Shown: one piece after another, positions 11,775-25,958 of the stretch
Position numbering within the stretch: position 1 is the first letter of the stretch
How the letters are laid out: each line of letters starts with the position of its first letter
Notes under the pieces: model-generated
What the model saw: the letters and a program-made list of their open reading frames with translations, nothing else
Told to the model about the DNA's origin: nothing
The model's database searches: none
Source: the human T2T-CHM13v2.0 reference genome, Homo sapiens
Length of the DNA: 64,000 bases
NCBI RefSeq assembly: GCF_009914755.1
Contig: NC_060931.1
Direction: 5' to 3' (one strand)
Translations under genes and position numbers: made by a program

Positions 11775-14740
11775 TTTACTTCTAACTGTGGCATACTAGC
11801 TTGTATGAGACCAAACGTCCCAAGGAGAACAATTAGAAAAGCTGGAGAAATGTTTAAAAATCTATTTTAAAACAACAGAGACATATTAATGCAGCAAGGA
11901 CTCGAAGAGCCAAGATCTCGGACAAAAATGAAGTGCAGGATAGTGATTTGTCTCAACTTTTACCCTGGAGGTATTTCCCAATTATTAAACTATGGCCAAG
12001 AAGTGAAGAAGGTGAACAAAACTTTTAGCAGGAGAATGGACCTTAAAAGGAAATATGATGTAATTGTTTCAGGAAGAAGTAACCATGGTAAGTAACCCAG
12101 GCTATCAGTTATAGGTTTCAAAAGGCTATACCTGTGGATAAAGAAATCATCTTTAATAAAGACTAAAATTCAGCTTATAATCAGTTGAATTTCAGATTAG
12201 GTTAAGGTGATCTCTCTCTAACCTAGCTAAACACCAAACACAAATATAAATTTTATCTGGAAGATTATATAAATTATACACAACTCACTTTTATTTATCA
12301 AAATGGCTCAAATTCAGGCAAAATTGCTAAGAATACAAAGATATAGGACAGCTAGATATCAGCAGCTATCAGATCTGTACTTTAAAACAACTGTGACTAT
12401 TGTTTTCCAGAAAAATGGTAAACATGATGGAGAATTTAAGCAGAGAAGAGTAATTGATTTTAAAAATAGAAAAATGCAAAATCAGTTTTTATGCAAAAAA
12501 AAGCAAAAAAAGTGTAAAACACTGTAACTGAATTAAAAACTTAACAAATAGGTTAAGCACCAAAAGAATTGGAGGAATAGGAGAAAATCCAATTCAAAAA
12601 TATACAGAATGATACAAAGATTGAAAAAAAGAACATATAGGACATGGTAAAAATCTTTAAGATACAATTGAATTAAGAAGAAAAAAGAGAGAAAAATGTC
12701 CAAGAAGATGGTATTCAGAAAGAAATAAAAACTGAACAGGTAAATCCCAGTGAATATTGAATGCATAAAGCAATGATAGTATGACTCATGAGGTTTAAAT
12801 GTGTATAGAATTAAAACACACAACACTACGAGTGTTATCAATGGAAGACAAGATAAACAGAGGCAGAGTTTTAAGGTCCTTGCATTTTCTAGGATGTGAT
12901 AGAATTATTAATTTTGAGTTGACTGTAAGAAGGAAAGCTAAACACAAATCATTGAAAGAATAACCAAAGGATTAGCTATTACATGAGAAATAGTGGCTAA
13001 TAAAAATAATCAGAGAAAGAAAGGAGAGAAAAAGATACATAGAAGAGTTGGAAAAAATAAAAAATAAATAATAACATGTATATTGAAACCAAAACACATG
13101 AATTTACATCAAATGTAAGTTGAATGAATATCCCAGGTGGTCAGATAAAGGTGATCAGACTGGATATAAAACCAAAACCTAAATCTATATATTGCTTATA
13201 AGAATAAAGAAGCTTGTGCAGATATATTAATATCAAAGTATATTTTAAGAAAAAAGCATTAAAGACAGACATTTAATACAGATTGGTAAGTTTTAATAAA
13301 ATTGATAAAAGTATCAGTTCACCAGAAGGATGAATCACTTCTAAATTTGTATGTGCCTAATAACATCTGATCTCAAACGTATTTTAAAATGGACAGATTT
13401 AGGAGAAATACAGAGAGGTATACAGTAATTATGACAAGATACTGTAAGACCTCTTTCATTAACTAATAGAAGTAAAGAAATATCAGTAGCAATTTAGAAG
13501 ATTAGAACAACATGATTAACAAAATAACATAATTGGCATACACACACACATATAAATACAAAACTGCATTCAGTACTGCATAACGAATACCATTTCTTTT
13601 GAATGCGCATAAAACATTGACCAAGATTGGTCATCTGCTGGCTTTAAAGTAAATCTCAATAAACCTCAAAGGATTGAAATTAGAAAGAGTATAATCTCTG
13701 ACCACATTGGAATCAAGCTATAAATCAATAACAAAGAGACAAGTGGAAATGTTTTGAGTGACTAAAATTAACAGCACACATCTAAACACACATGGATCAA
13801 AGAAGGAGTCACAACTGATATAAAAATATTTATGGCATATGAAAATAAAAATGTGCCACATTAAAATTTGTGACATAAAGCTAGAATAAGAAAACTTATC
13901 ATTTAAATGCTTAAGTTATAAGTAAGAAAGAAGGCTGTAAAAACTACAAACTACAATCTAAGTATTCATATAAAGAAATTAGAAGAGAATAATAAAATGA
14001 AGCCAAAGAAAATAGAAAGAGAGAAATACTAAGAGTAAAAACTTAATTAATGAAATGGAAATCAAATATACAACAAAGTTACTATTTTAAAAGACTGATA
14101 TTCATAAATCTAATTGATAACTACTAATATAAATGACTAATATTAGAAACAAAAAAGGAGATTCTTCTTTAATTTATTCTTCAGACATAAAAAAATAAGA
14201 GGGTATTATGACAAATCTTATGCCACATAAGTTTGAAAAATAAATGAAATAAATTCCTAGACAAATATGACTTATCAAAAATGACATTAGGAGATGTAGA
14301 AAACTTTAATGTTCCTCCGTCTATTCAATCTATAATGAAAACATGTCTGCAAGGAAAATGTTTGGCCCTGATAACTTAATTGGTTAATTCATCCAAACAT
14401 CCAAAGGGTGAAAAAAGCAGAAAACAAAAACAAAAACAAAAGAAGCCCATCATGATAATTTAACTTCAAAAATATTCCAGAACATAGAGGAAAAGGGAAT
14501 CTTTATGAGCTTATGTTGTAGAGTCAGAAATAACCTTGTCCCAATATCTGAGAAGACATATTACAAGGAGAGGAAAATTAGAGGCCAGTCTCTCTGACAA
14601 ACATGGATGCAAATTTTTTTTAATGCAGTCATAAAGCCAATACAATACATCAAAAGGATAAAATATCACAACCAACCGGAGCTTTCTCAAAGAATGCAAG
14701 GTTGGTTTTAATGTTTAAAAAGTCAATTGATGTAATAAAA
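11775..14740 (+). mobile_element. Ancient L1M/L1ME: 5' end, ORF1 and ORF2 EN/RT-N fragments
   Basis: L1ME-type 5' end (tagcttgtatgagaccaaac...agaaaagctgga); EN motifs (ctaaatttgtatgtgcctaataac, ctctgaccacattggaatcaagcta); RT N-terminal gaatgcaaggttggtttta. Confidence 0.75.
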
Positions 14741-15284
14741 TAAGAACTACTCAACATATATTGTTGGGTAAAAGTACAGGATATAAGACTATATATACAA
14801 GAATCTCAATTTTGTTGGTCAAAAACATAACTGGAATGACATTTTGAAAAGTGCTAATGGTAAATTTTTTGGCCTTGTAAGATACTGGATTTTAATTTTA
14901 TTTTCAATTTTGATATTTTTCCCTTAATTTAAAATAATAAATAAGGATAAATTTATTTAAAAGATATAGCATGTTAGAGTGAAAATAGAAGTGCTCCAAC
15001 TTGCTGGGATCTTTTACTTCTGAGTAACATTAAGTCTAGAATCTGAATCTCCCCTTCTTTGCCTTTTTATCTACTCTTTTTATTATATTGATATTCCTCA
15101 GTCCCTGCCACCCACATCCTTTTACGAAGGATTCAATAAGTTTTTCTAATAGAAAACATTTCAGGAAGACCAAGAAATTATGTGTTAGAAGAATAAATAG
15201 AGTTCTTGAAGTACCTCAAAACATATGTATGTTGTCCCTGCTTACAGCAAAATAAAATCTACAGCAGTGCGAATAACAGATGGC

Positions 15285-15470
15285 TGGGAGTAGACTTGGT
15301 ACTAGATAGATTTGGGTTTGTGTTTTACTTACTATACTTCTTTGGTTTGCTTACTTATCTCCCATAAGCACCAATTTCCTTACTTTTATGAAGAAGAAAA
15401 GAGAACATACCTCATAGGGATGTTGTGTGTATTAGAATAAATACATCACATGCTTAGTAACATTATTACT
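15285..15470 (+). mobile_element. MIR
   Basis: Degenerate MIR core, atacctcatagggatgttgtgtgtatta. Confidence 0.6.
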
Positions 15471-16637
15471 AAAAGAGAAAATTCTAGAGATAAGAAATCC
15501 CACTTGACATTTTAGTCAGTCAGTAAAGAGCAGCAAATAGCCATTGAAACTGATGCAAGCTTGTATATGGCCATCAACCATAATATCATTGTAATCAGCT
15601 TTGCACATAGGAACATAAAAGATGACAGATACATACTTTCCAAAGCACTTAAATAACTACCAAGAAAAGAGTAGCAGAACAGATTCTCAAGTACATGATG
15701 GTAAGCTTAAGATGCTTTTTCTAACCTCTGAATGCTGTCCCTTAACACCATTTACTGAGACCCCAGACAATCCTTTCCTTTAAACACCATCCATGGATAA
15801 CCTTGAGAGCCTCTTATCTCTGTCACATTTTTGTTTTTCCTTATCTTCTCTTTCAAAGGTTGAATGGAATCAATAAGATGGTGTCGCTTTCTAATAAGAT
15901 GGATGCAAATCAAAGAAAAGGGAAAGGGTGGCTTAGGTATTAAATTGACTGGCCTGTTACTTGTTATAGAATTTCACAATACAGGAGATATCGATACCAA
16001 TTCCACAGGTAACACAGCATCAAAGGCTTTGTCTGTGATGTCAAGCAGGGTTTACTTGGCTGCTTCTTGATGGCATAGGCATGTTTACATCCAAATAAAG
16101 AAAGAAAAAAATTATCGGTTCTTTCTACTTAAATAAGATCATGGGACAAAGCATATTTCCAAGGAGAAAATGTGAATGTTGGAAGAGCCAACTCTCTGAT
16201 CTAGTTATTATGCTATGACGCCAAAGGATTTTTTAATTTCCACTGAAAATGTTCCTGCCCATTAATGTTAATTGCCAATAATTTTCAGACCCTGCCAGCT
16301 GTAGAACAGCTTTTCAGGCATATAAATTCAATAAATATGGTACGAGTAGAACTAATAAGTGGTAAGGTTGAGACCTAAAACCCCAGAGGAAAATAAGGCA
16401 AATGTGACTTGGGTTTTTATTGTGTCCTTAATTGAACCTCACTCCATCTGCCTGCCACATACATTCCACACTCAAAAGCTGTTCTCATCCATTTTCAAAG
16501 AAGGTTTCTATAGTGTGACAATTACTACCCTTCCACAATATTGTGAAATAAGGGGTTTGGAACACTTATCTCCTTTTGTAATCTTTAGTTGTTTACACAT
16601 AAAATACCCTTTACTAGCGTGAGCTCTCTAAAACTGT

Positions 16638-17120
16638 GAGGCACAGTGGATAAAAGCACGGTCTTGGACAAAGATTGGAGTCTGGCTCAGTCACCTTTTA
16701 GCTGCAAAAACAGATCCAGGTTGTGTGGGACCAAAAGCTTGTACAATTTGGGGGCCCCCTCAGAAAAAAGAACGTAAAGTTACTAATACAAAATATGGAA
16801 CAAGAATGAATTTGCATATAGAATGATAAAAAATAGACACAAATTACAAGTTTTTAAAAAGACAACATATAGTAATGTATGCACTACAGAGTCCTCCCCT
16901 GCTCAGGGCTTTAGAAGGTGTCTGTGGAAATGAGGGGCTTTAGTCTCTTTAAGGTAAACTCTCCTCTAATTAGCTGGATAACGGTGACAGGTAATTTTAC
17001 TACACTGATTCCCAATTAATTGTTTGTATCTCAAAATTTTGTAAGAAATAAATTAAAATAGAATATATTTATAAATTGTCATGGGCAGTGCCTGTAGGTG
17101 TTCAAGTGTCAGATATTAAT
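16638..17120 (+). mobile_element. MIR split by Zaphod/MER115 insertion
   Basis: MIR 5' (cagtggataaaagcacgg...cacctttagctg) resumes after 16976. Confidence 0.55.
16705..16968 (+). mobile_element. Zaphod/MER115 (hAT-Tip100) non-autonomous DNA transposon
   Basis: Start cagatccaggttgtgtgggaccaaaagcttgtacaatttgggggccc and end ggtaaactctcctcta; 8-bp TSD tttagctg (16697-16704) / attagctg (16969-16976). Confidence 0.75.
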
Positions 17121-17124
17121 ATTA

Positions 17125-17464
17125 GAGATTGAGTATTCCTTATATAAAATGCTTGGAGCCGGAGGTGTTTTGAACTTCAGATATTGTTGGATTTTGGCAA
17201 ATTTGCATATGTATAGTGAGATATCTTGGTGGTAGAACCCATGTCTAAACATGAAATACATTAATGTTTCATATACACCTTATACATATAGACTGAAGGT
17301 AATTTTAAACAACATTTTGAATAATTTTGTGCATAAAATTACATTTGTGGTCATTGAACCATCAGAAAGCAAAGGTGTTAGATGTGGAATTTTCCACTTG
17401 TGGCATTATAGCACTCAAAATGTTTTGGATTTTGGAGCATTTTGGATTAGGGATGCTCCACCTG
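17125..17464. mobile_element. Tigger4/MER46 (TcMar-Tigger) non-autonomous element
   Basis: TIRs gagattgagtattcct...agggatgctccacctg flanked by TA dinucleotides. Confidence 0.85.
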
Positions 17465-18031
17465 TATTATAATTTAACTTGTTGTTAACTTATGCTTGTT
17501 TATTTTTGTTTTACTGCCTAATACAGTGATGGGTATTGGAGACCACCAACATTTAATTTAATAAAATTGTACTGTGAATTTATCAGAATAATAAATTATA
17601 ATTATCTTGATTGTATAATATACAGTATACTGCTTCAGTGATGATGAAACTGTTTTTTGATTCCTTAAGAAATTATGCTAATATATAGTATAAATTTTAT
17701 TTAAAATATATTTATACATGTTATAAAACATATCTAAAAGCATATAAAGACTTTTTTAAACGTGGAGGCTGATATTCCATTTTAGAGCAGTAATCAGATC
17801 ATAATTTAGCTAAAGGAGACATTAAAGCATTTGAAATTTTATTACCAATTGCTGCATTTAAAAATATTTTTCTGATTTAATGCAAGCATATTAAAATAAG
17901 TCAAAAAAACTAAAATGTATACAGTTATCCAGTGGAATCTGAATAGCACTCTTTAGTTTTTTTAAAAAAACAGATATTAATTTGTTTAGGTTTATTCACT
18001 GAACTTAAAACATCCTTAGCTTTGTTCACAA

Positions 18032-18296
18032 ATTTTTTTATTTCAATAGTTTTGGGGGTACAGGTGGTTTTTGATTACATGGATAAGTTCGTTAGTGGTG
18101 ATGATTTCTGACATTTAATGCCCCCCTCACCTGAGCAGTGTACACTATACCCAATATATAGTCTTTTAGCCCTCACCCCTCACCCAAGCTTCCCCCAGAG
18201 TCCTCAAAGTCCATTACCTTACCCTTAAGCCTTTGTATCGTCATAGCTTAGCTCCCACTTATAAGTGAGAACATGTGATATTTGGTTTTCCATTCC
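18032..18296 (-). mobile_element. L1PB-type 3' end, 5'-truncated
   Basis: ttatttcaatagttttgggggtacaggtggtttt...gctcccacttataagtgagaacat; candidate TSD tgttcacaa at 18023-18031 and 18325-18333. Confidence 0.85.
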
Positions 18297-18929
18297 ATTG
18301 TTTACAACCATACCACTTCTCGTCTGTTCACAATTCTTTTAGATTTTCTTGTGAAATCAGTATTGCCTCAACCTACAACACGAGCGTTTGTACTTTATCT
18401 TTTATAAACTCCCCATTTATTTCATAGTCATTTTTTATTACATACTCTTTTCTAGCAAAAATTTAGCCTTGAAATACTGGTGATTATAATACATATTAAA
18501 TTACTATTAAAAAGTAGGGCAAGGTGGAAAGAAGAAAAACATCTGTGCTCTGTAAAGCAATTGCAGTGCTTATAGACTATGACCACATTACAAAAATAGA
18601 CTTCTGATGAAGGAGAGGTTCTTTTTGGGCCCACTGTTAAAATGCCGATACATGTTAATGGCTAGACAAATAAGTAATGCATCTATATATAAATGTATGA
18701 AATTGAGAGTTACGTATGATTATCATGATTCTTTCAGAATCCCCTGTAAATTTATTTTTAACAAAGCTGTATAAAGGAATCTTGAAAAAAATCTGAAAGG
18801 AATTGCTCATCTGCTTTATTCAAAGGATTTGGAAAAAAGTTCTCAAGCCATGAAAGCATATGTATTAGCATAAAACAACATGCATATTAACGTTAATGTA
18901 ACAGCAAAGTGTACTCTTTTAGAATAAGA

Positions 18930-19085
18930 AGAGGCTTTAGAGACCATTGAACTCAATGCATCATTTTGTGTACACAGGAACCAGAAAGCTGAAGTGGTAT
19001 TTCCAAGATTAGGCTATGAGTCTTGATAACAAACTGTGCCAGGAAGTACCTGTCTTTTAAGCCTAGTGGAGTGCTCTTTTTACTC
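18930..19085 (-). mobile_element. MIR fragment
   Basis: ttagagaccattgaactcaatgcatcatttt...ctagtggagtgctcttttt. Confidence 0.45.
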
Positions 19086-19127
19086 TGGATGTGAAATCTA
19101 TTATTTTTTTCCTCAAAAGAAATGGAA

Positions 19128-19533
<406 letters not shown>

Positions 19534-20946
19534 GCAGTATGTTTTTTTAAGCTCCACAATAAATCAGCACAATTAAACAAAAATAAATGAATCAAACAAA
19601 CAAAGAGTGAACATGTATAAGACACAACTAGGGGTAAATGGGTCTGCCCTAGAGAGACTCATAATTTTTTGGTGACAGTAAATGTAAGTCCTAAAACAGA
19701 AGTATGAATAAGGAACGGCGGGAGCACAGAATAAATCTCATGTAATCCAGCCTTCTGTCCTGAAAGCTGTGAAGTTATTTCATTAAGAACAACTGATTCC
19801 TTTAAAGCCAAAGAATGAGGCTGGGCGCTACTGGTTACTATATATAGGGTGTAGATATGTAGTCTTTCCACACTCTACTGAATTCTGTACCTAATTAACA
19901 CAAGACTATCAGTTTCAAAACAGCAGACTGGAATAGTGTTTCTAGTCGAGTGTGCTGTTGGCTATTACATGGTATGGCTCTCAGCATTTTTGCCTACAGA
20001 GTCAGTTTCTCAGTTCAAACTATTTATTACTTAGTATTTCTATTTCCCTAACCCACATACCATTATATATGTAGAGGGTCTCTGCTATAGAAATGCCCCA
20101 CAAGGAATGTGAAAGAGCAGAATAAAAATATGAATTCATTCATTTATAATGGAAATCATTATTTCTGCAGGTAATATCACAGAAAACTTACCTCACTAGA
20201 GGAGAGAAAAAGATCTTTATCTCTAGCCACTCCCAACAGGAAATGTTTCTTAGTGTTAAAGAGACATATTGTATTTAAAAATACTTTTTTTCGGACATCA
20301 ATATTTAAATCATTAATTTAATATATATATTTTTCTTTCTTGTATTACACCATGTGCTAGAGAAACAAAGAATAAGATGCTTGGCTTGTTTTTTTAAGTA
20401 ATTCACCAACTGATGGGTGTAAGAGCTGTTCCAGATACTCTGCAGGGTGAAGATTGCTGTTATTTAAGAGTGCATAAAGTGTGAAGAGAATTCCAATAAA
20501 GGAATGACCAACATTGTTTGGGGAATTAGAGAAAATTCAGACCACTCTATTTTTTGGTTATGGTTTCCTTGTAATTTAAAATTTTTTACTGGTTTTTAAA
20601 AACATCAAATTTTTGCTTTAAAAAGTTATATCTGGAGATTATATGAATATAAATTATTAATAAATTAATAATTTACATAAATGAGTCATAACTAGAATCC
20701 AATGATCTTGCTTCAAAGATGCAATATTTCTAAATTTATTTCTTATCAATATAATTCCACAGAAATTAGGAAAAAGACATGCTCCCAGCCTACATATATA
20801 ATCCTTCATCTAAGAGTACAAACTCTTGAGATGGAGTTTCATCTTGGACTTCCAGAGCTTTGTTGCCTCACTGAAGCCATGTGAACAATTTTCATCCCTA
20901 ATAACAACTCTCCCAAAGTTTTCAAGTTTAAGTACTGTTGCATTCA

Positions 20947-21000
20947 TGTGTGTGTGTGTGTGTGTTTATGTGCAAGCTTGTGCTTGTAAATATGTGTGTG
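20947..21000. repeat. (TG)n microsatellite, imperfect
   Basis: tg run followed by degenerate tg units. Confidence 0.8.
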
Positions 21001-21069
21001 CTACAAATAAAAACAATATAAGTTGCAATGTGTAACATTTAACAGGCGTGCAAAAAAATTCAGAAGAAA

Positions 21070-21300
21070 GGACCCTAAACAAAGCAAACAGCACAAAGAC
21101 AGGCAAAAAGCAGATCTTTGTGTCAACATATGGCTGAATAGTTCAATTTGGCTATCATGGAGGGTATGGAGAGTGGGATATAAGATTGGAAACCTAGTTT
21201 TACACCAGATTCTGGAGAGCCTGGAAGGCTGGGCTAAGGAGTTTAACCTTTAGGTTCTGTGGTGTAGTCAATGGAGATCCATTACCACAGAGGAATCTTC
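21070..21300 (-). mobile_element. L2 fragment
   Basis: cagattctggagagcctggaaggctgggctaaggagttt...caatggagatccatt. Confidence 0.6.
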
Positions 21301-24300
21301 TATGTCCAGGCAAAGGCCAAAGGTTTAAGGGCCTGAGGCTGTGTAATGGAAGAATGATCCAGGCATTTGGCATCACACAATCTGGTTGGAGCCCGAGTTC
21401 TGAATTTTCATATACATAAAGCAGTAGAATATTTGTATTCAAGAGTTTGCCTTAGGGCTCACCTAGCCAGCTAAATAATCTGAAAAACGAATACAACCCA
21501 AAGTTGACAAGTAATAATAAGTTGATATTTCACTCTGTCTGCTACTGTATTAACTTAGCCCTGCTGGAAACAAACAGACTTTTACCAAAGACATGATGGC
21601 TAATGAGCACATTTCCAGAATTCTGATGCTTTAATAAAGTGATCCATTAGGATCACAGCACTGTAGATGGTATTAACTTATTCTGCACAAGCACATATTT
21701 CAAAGTCTCTATTATAAATCTATTCAAAGATCTTTCACCCCATTTTTTTGAGGATGCTTTCAGAGTAAATTAATCTAATAAAAAAACAGGGTTCAATACT
21801 GAAATTATCCCCAAATATTTCTGCCTCTTTACTGATACGATGTTAAGCTAACACCTTTGGCTAAATGCTTACATTTTCTTGACAGATCAGCAACCAGCAC
21901 AGCAACTGGTCTTAAATGGTGAGTCTCCTTGACTTCTCTAAAGAATACTATTTTCCATAAGATTTCACAAGTTTGGTAATATTTCCAAGTTTGATGAGAA
22001 GTTTTATTGTGAGCAGTTCTGGAGGCTAATAGTAGATAATGAAGAGCTCTGCTGCCATGTCCATGGAATACCTGAAGGCTACAAGAGAACATTAATATAC
22101 CTTCAAGGGTAAACAGTGGAAATGGAAAGTAGAAAATGCTTTTAGCTGCTTTTCTGATGCTCCTAGCACTAGTGAAATCAATCTTCAAAGTGAGATGGAA
22201 ACCTAATGGCCAGCTCCTTTGATAGCTTCTGGTTGTGCCTCTGGCTCTGTGTGGCTTTATTTTTTAAAACATTACAAACTCCTGGGATAAAACAGTTTAT
22301 TTTTCAGTCCCAGGCACAATTCAGAACTATAAACTGCTTATTAGTAATAATCAAACACCTCATTATTTAAATGGTAGGCATAGCAGTTAAATGATTTTAT
22401 AGGCATGTGTATTTTGAACTATGTAAGACATTCCTCTTGCTGAGAAACATTCTGTTCATCTGGCCTTGTGTTCATTTATTATTTATTGTAATTTGCAGTT
22501 TGCTGAATTGTCGTGAAGTCCATTTAGAGTTTTATACCCCTTTAAAAGACGGTTACATAAAATCATCTTTGTTGTTGTTTTTGTTTTCTAATTTGAGATG
22601 TTAGCTTTATTTATAGGTAGATAGCTAAAAAATATAAAATATAATGTATTAAAAACATATACAGAAGTTTCAATTAAGAATGTATTTCTGGTTATCATGA
22701 AATCTTTCTAGGGCAATGAAACACAATATATACATTTCCTCTTACAAATGGAAACATGTAATCCAAACTAGGATGCTTAAAATTTTCCACAGCAATTCAC
22801 ATTTTTTCATTCTGTGGTTGTCTAATTAGCAGATTTCCAAAGGGAATAGGTGAGTTTATAATAAATAATGCATTTATATTCTGATAAGTAATATTAAGAA
22901 AGAACATTTATTTCCTTCTCTTTTTGTTCTCTTAGCTTCATTCTTCATTTCTCTCACTTTTTAAAATAAAACATTGTTAACTATTATGAGAATGGCATTC
23001 AGTACAACTTGGGATAATTTAAATGTTAACTTTTATAAACTTAACTCTTGTTATAGTTGATAAAATATTCCAAAACTTCTGGCATAGTTGACATCACAAC
23101 TTTGAAGCTGTGCTCATTTTCTGGCTGTGGGCATTTCTAATTAGATAATTACTACTCTTACTCCATTCTTTCAGATATTCTAACAGAGAAGCATTAACCT
23201 CCTTATAAGATTTTTTGTTGTTGTTGCTGACTCAGGATGTAATTTCTCATTTTACTTTTTGGTTGATATATTATTTGTTTTTATTATTTGCTATCAGAGA
23301 ATAGTTTGTATAATTGCTGCTATTTAAAATTTACTGCATTAAAAATTGTCTAATTTGATATCTAGCCATTAAATTATACCTTTCACTCTATATTTAAAAC
23401 TATCTCAGTGGATTATGTTCTATCATACACTAATATAAAGATGTTAATCTTATAATTATTACTCATTCTATTATTCTTTCATTTTAAACATGTTTTGCAT
23501 ATTTATGTTGGTAGTATATTGTGTGACATTTAAAAGCACATAAATGTCACATCTTTATTATCAATATAATACAATCATCTTGATGTTACTTTTAACTTTT
23601 GCCTAGAATTTTAATTTGATTTCATAGTATCACACACTCACTTTTTGGGAGCATTTAAATCATTTAATAAAAAAAGTTCTTATATACCTCACGGTGCTTT
23701 ATGGAGCCAGGCTGGAACTGGAGGCATAAGGAAATATGTGAACTCTAGCTTTTACAGAAGCAAATTCATCAATCTTTTTTTCAAAATCTATTTCCATGCT
23801 TCTCTCATTTTGAATTGAGAAAACAGACACGTTTCACAATTTCTCCTGATTAAGAGACAGTCTGAAATAATTTTAATTAGCTTCAGCTGAAGTAAAATTA
23901 TAATTAAATTCTGTTTTGTGACAAATTAAATATTTAACATAAGGTTTCTGGGGGCAAGATGGCCAACTAGAAGCAGCTGGAGGATGCCTCTTCCACAGAG
24001 AGGCACCAAAATATTGAGAAAACCTTTGCAATTCAAACAGATCATTTGAGAGAAAACACAGAGGATTAATAGTTAGGTGACACAGACACTATGCTTGAAG
24101 AGGGAGGAAGCATGGCAGCCTGTCTGGAGTCACTGAGCACCTGGACTGGCCCCTGCACCCAGACTGGACGTAAGGAAGAGGTGAGTAAAAGAACTCCAGA
24201 ACACCATATTGCTGTTGTGGACACCTGATATCCTAGCTACAGGAGTTCCCATCACCCTATGGACATTTAGATTGGCAGGGAGAGACAACTGGAGAACAAG

Positions 24301-25947
24301 CAGAGGTGTAGTTTGAACCCTCATGGACTCCAGAGACTTCCCTGTGCTGTGCAACTATAGCAAAACACAACCCATAGGCACCCATCTCCCAAGGCTCTCC
24401 ATCTTGCACAGAGTGGTTGCAGCACCTGCTGTCTGCCAGGCTTGGAAATTGCAGGGACTGGACATGTTCTTGTGCCCATCACCAAGGCCCCATCACCATT
24501 GCCATGGGACCAAGGTGCATCTGATCCACATGCCCACTTACTTCATGGCCCCTCCTAAGACTGCCTGCCTGGCCACTCCTGCAAGAAGATGCCCACAGCA
24601 CAGCCTCCACTGCCCCACACAGAACACAGTGCAGTGCAGTTTCTTACGCTGGCATGGGAGCAGGATGCTCCTTCCTTCACAAAACTGGACTGGGAAGGGC
24701 ATGGCTTGATAGTCAAGGCTTCTCCTCCAGGAGTCCCACCCTTGGAACATCTGGAATAGCTCAGCAATCTGAGTGCAGGCTTGGGAAAAGCCTAGCCAGT
24801 CAGGCCTGCTGCAGGGTGGATATTGGAAAGAGATGCACCAGGTCAGGGGAGCATGAGCTGAGCAGCCTCCATGGATACCTGCTAGGCTGAAAAGCCCAGG
24901 CTGGAGAAGTCATACTGGTTGCGTACACGTGGCCACTGCCCTGTCCAGGGATCTTCGAACTCTGAGCCACTGAATCACCAGACCACCTGCAGACATACCC
25001 AACACACACCGACTCTACAAGCACAAGACACTGGCAGGTCACTCAGGAGTTGCAGGTTCCCTGGTGTTCTAACCCTGAGGTAGGGGAGAGTGAGGCCCTA
25101 AGGTAGGGTAGAGCAAGGCCCACTAAATCCCCCCTTGGGACAAAGGAAGCCTGGGTACAGCTCTAGTCACTGAAGTAGGCACCACCAAAGCCTGGAAATG
25201 GATTTAGAAAGGGGGTCATCTCTCACGCCCTGCCTCCCCTACCCAGTGCAATGTCATGGTTAGGCAGCAGCTCTTCTAGTTGGGGTAAGTAAGCTGCAGT
25301 GGAAGTGGCCACTTCTCGCAGTTCTCCAGACACTCCACCCTGGCTGAAGATGAGCATAAGCTTGGGGAGGGCACTTTTCACCCTTCTCTGTAGCCTCAGA
25401 GGGTGAACACAGCAGTGTCTATCTGCTGGCTCTTAGTTTTAAGTGTCACCTAGTAGAATTCATCCTGAATTACACCACATAACAAAAACATTGCTGCAAA
25501 AAGCACGAACTGTGAAACTCCCCAAAGGAGCCCATCTGCAACAAAGGAACCTGTACAGAGCCTTGGCCCTCTGAAGACACAAAGACACAAAGCCAATTGA
25601 TTATACACAACATACGCCATAATCATACTCACAAGGGAGACAAGAATAAAAAATCAAAAAGCAAGAAGCATTAGCTCTCTCAGGTGAGAAGGAATCAGTG
25701 CAAGAAATCCAGCTATACAAAAATCCAGAGTGTTTAATCACCTCCAAAGGATTGCACTAGAACCCTAGCAATGGATTCTAACCAGATTGAAATGTCTGAA
25801 ATAACAGACACAGAATTGAGAATATGAATAACGAGGAAACTCAGTGAGATCCAAGAGAAAGTTGAAACCTAATCCAATGAAGCCATAAAACCCATCCACA
25901 ATTTGAAAGATGACATAGCTATGTTAAGAAAGAACCAGATTCCTAGA

Positions 25948-25958
25948 CAAGATGGCCG
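25948..25958 (+). promoter_or_regulatory. YY1 site of L1 internal promoter
   Basis: caagatggccg at the L1 5' end. Confidence 0.7.
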
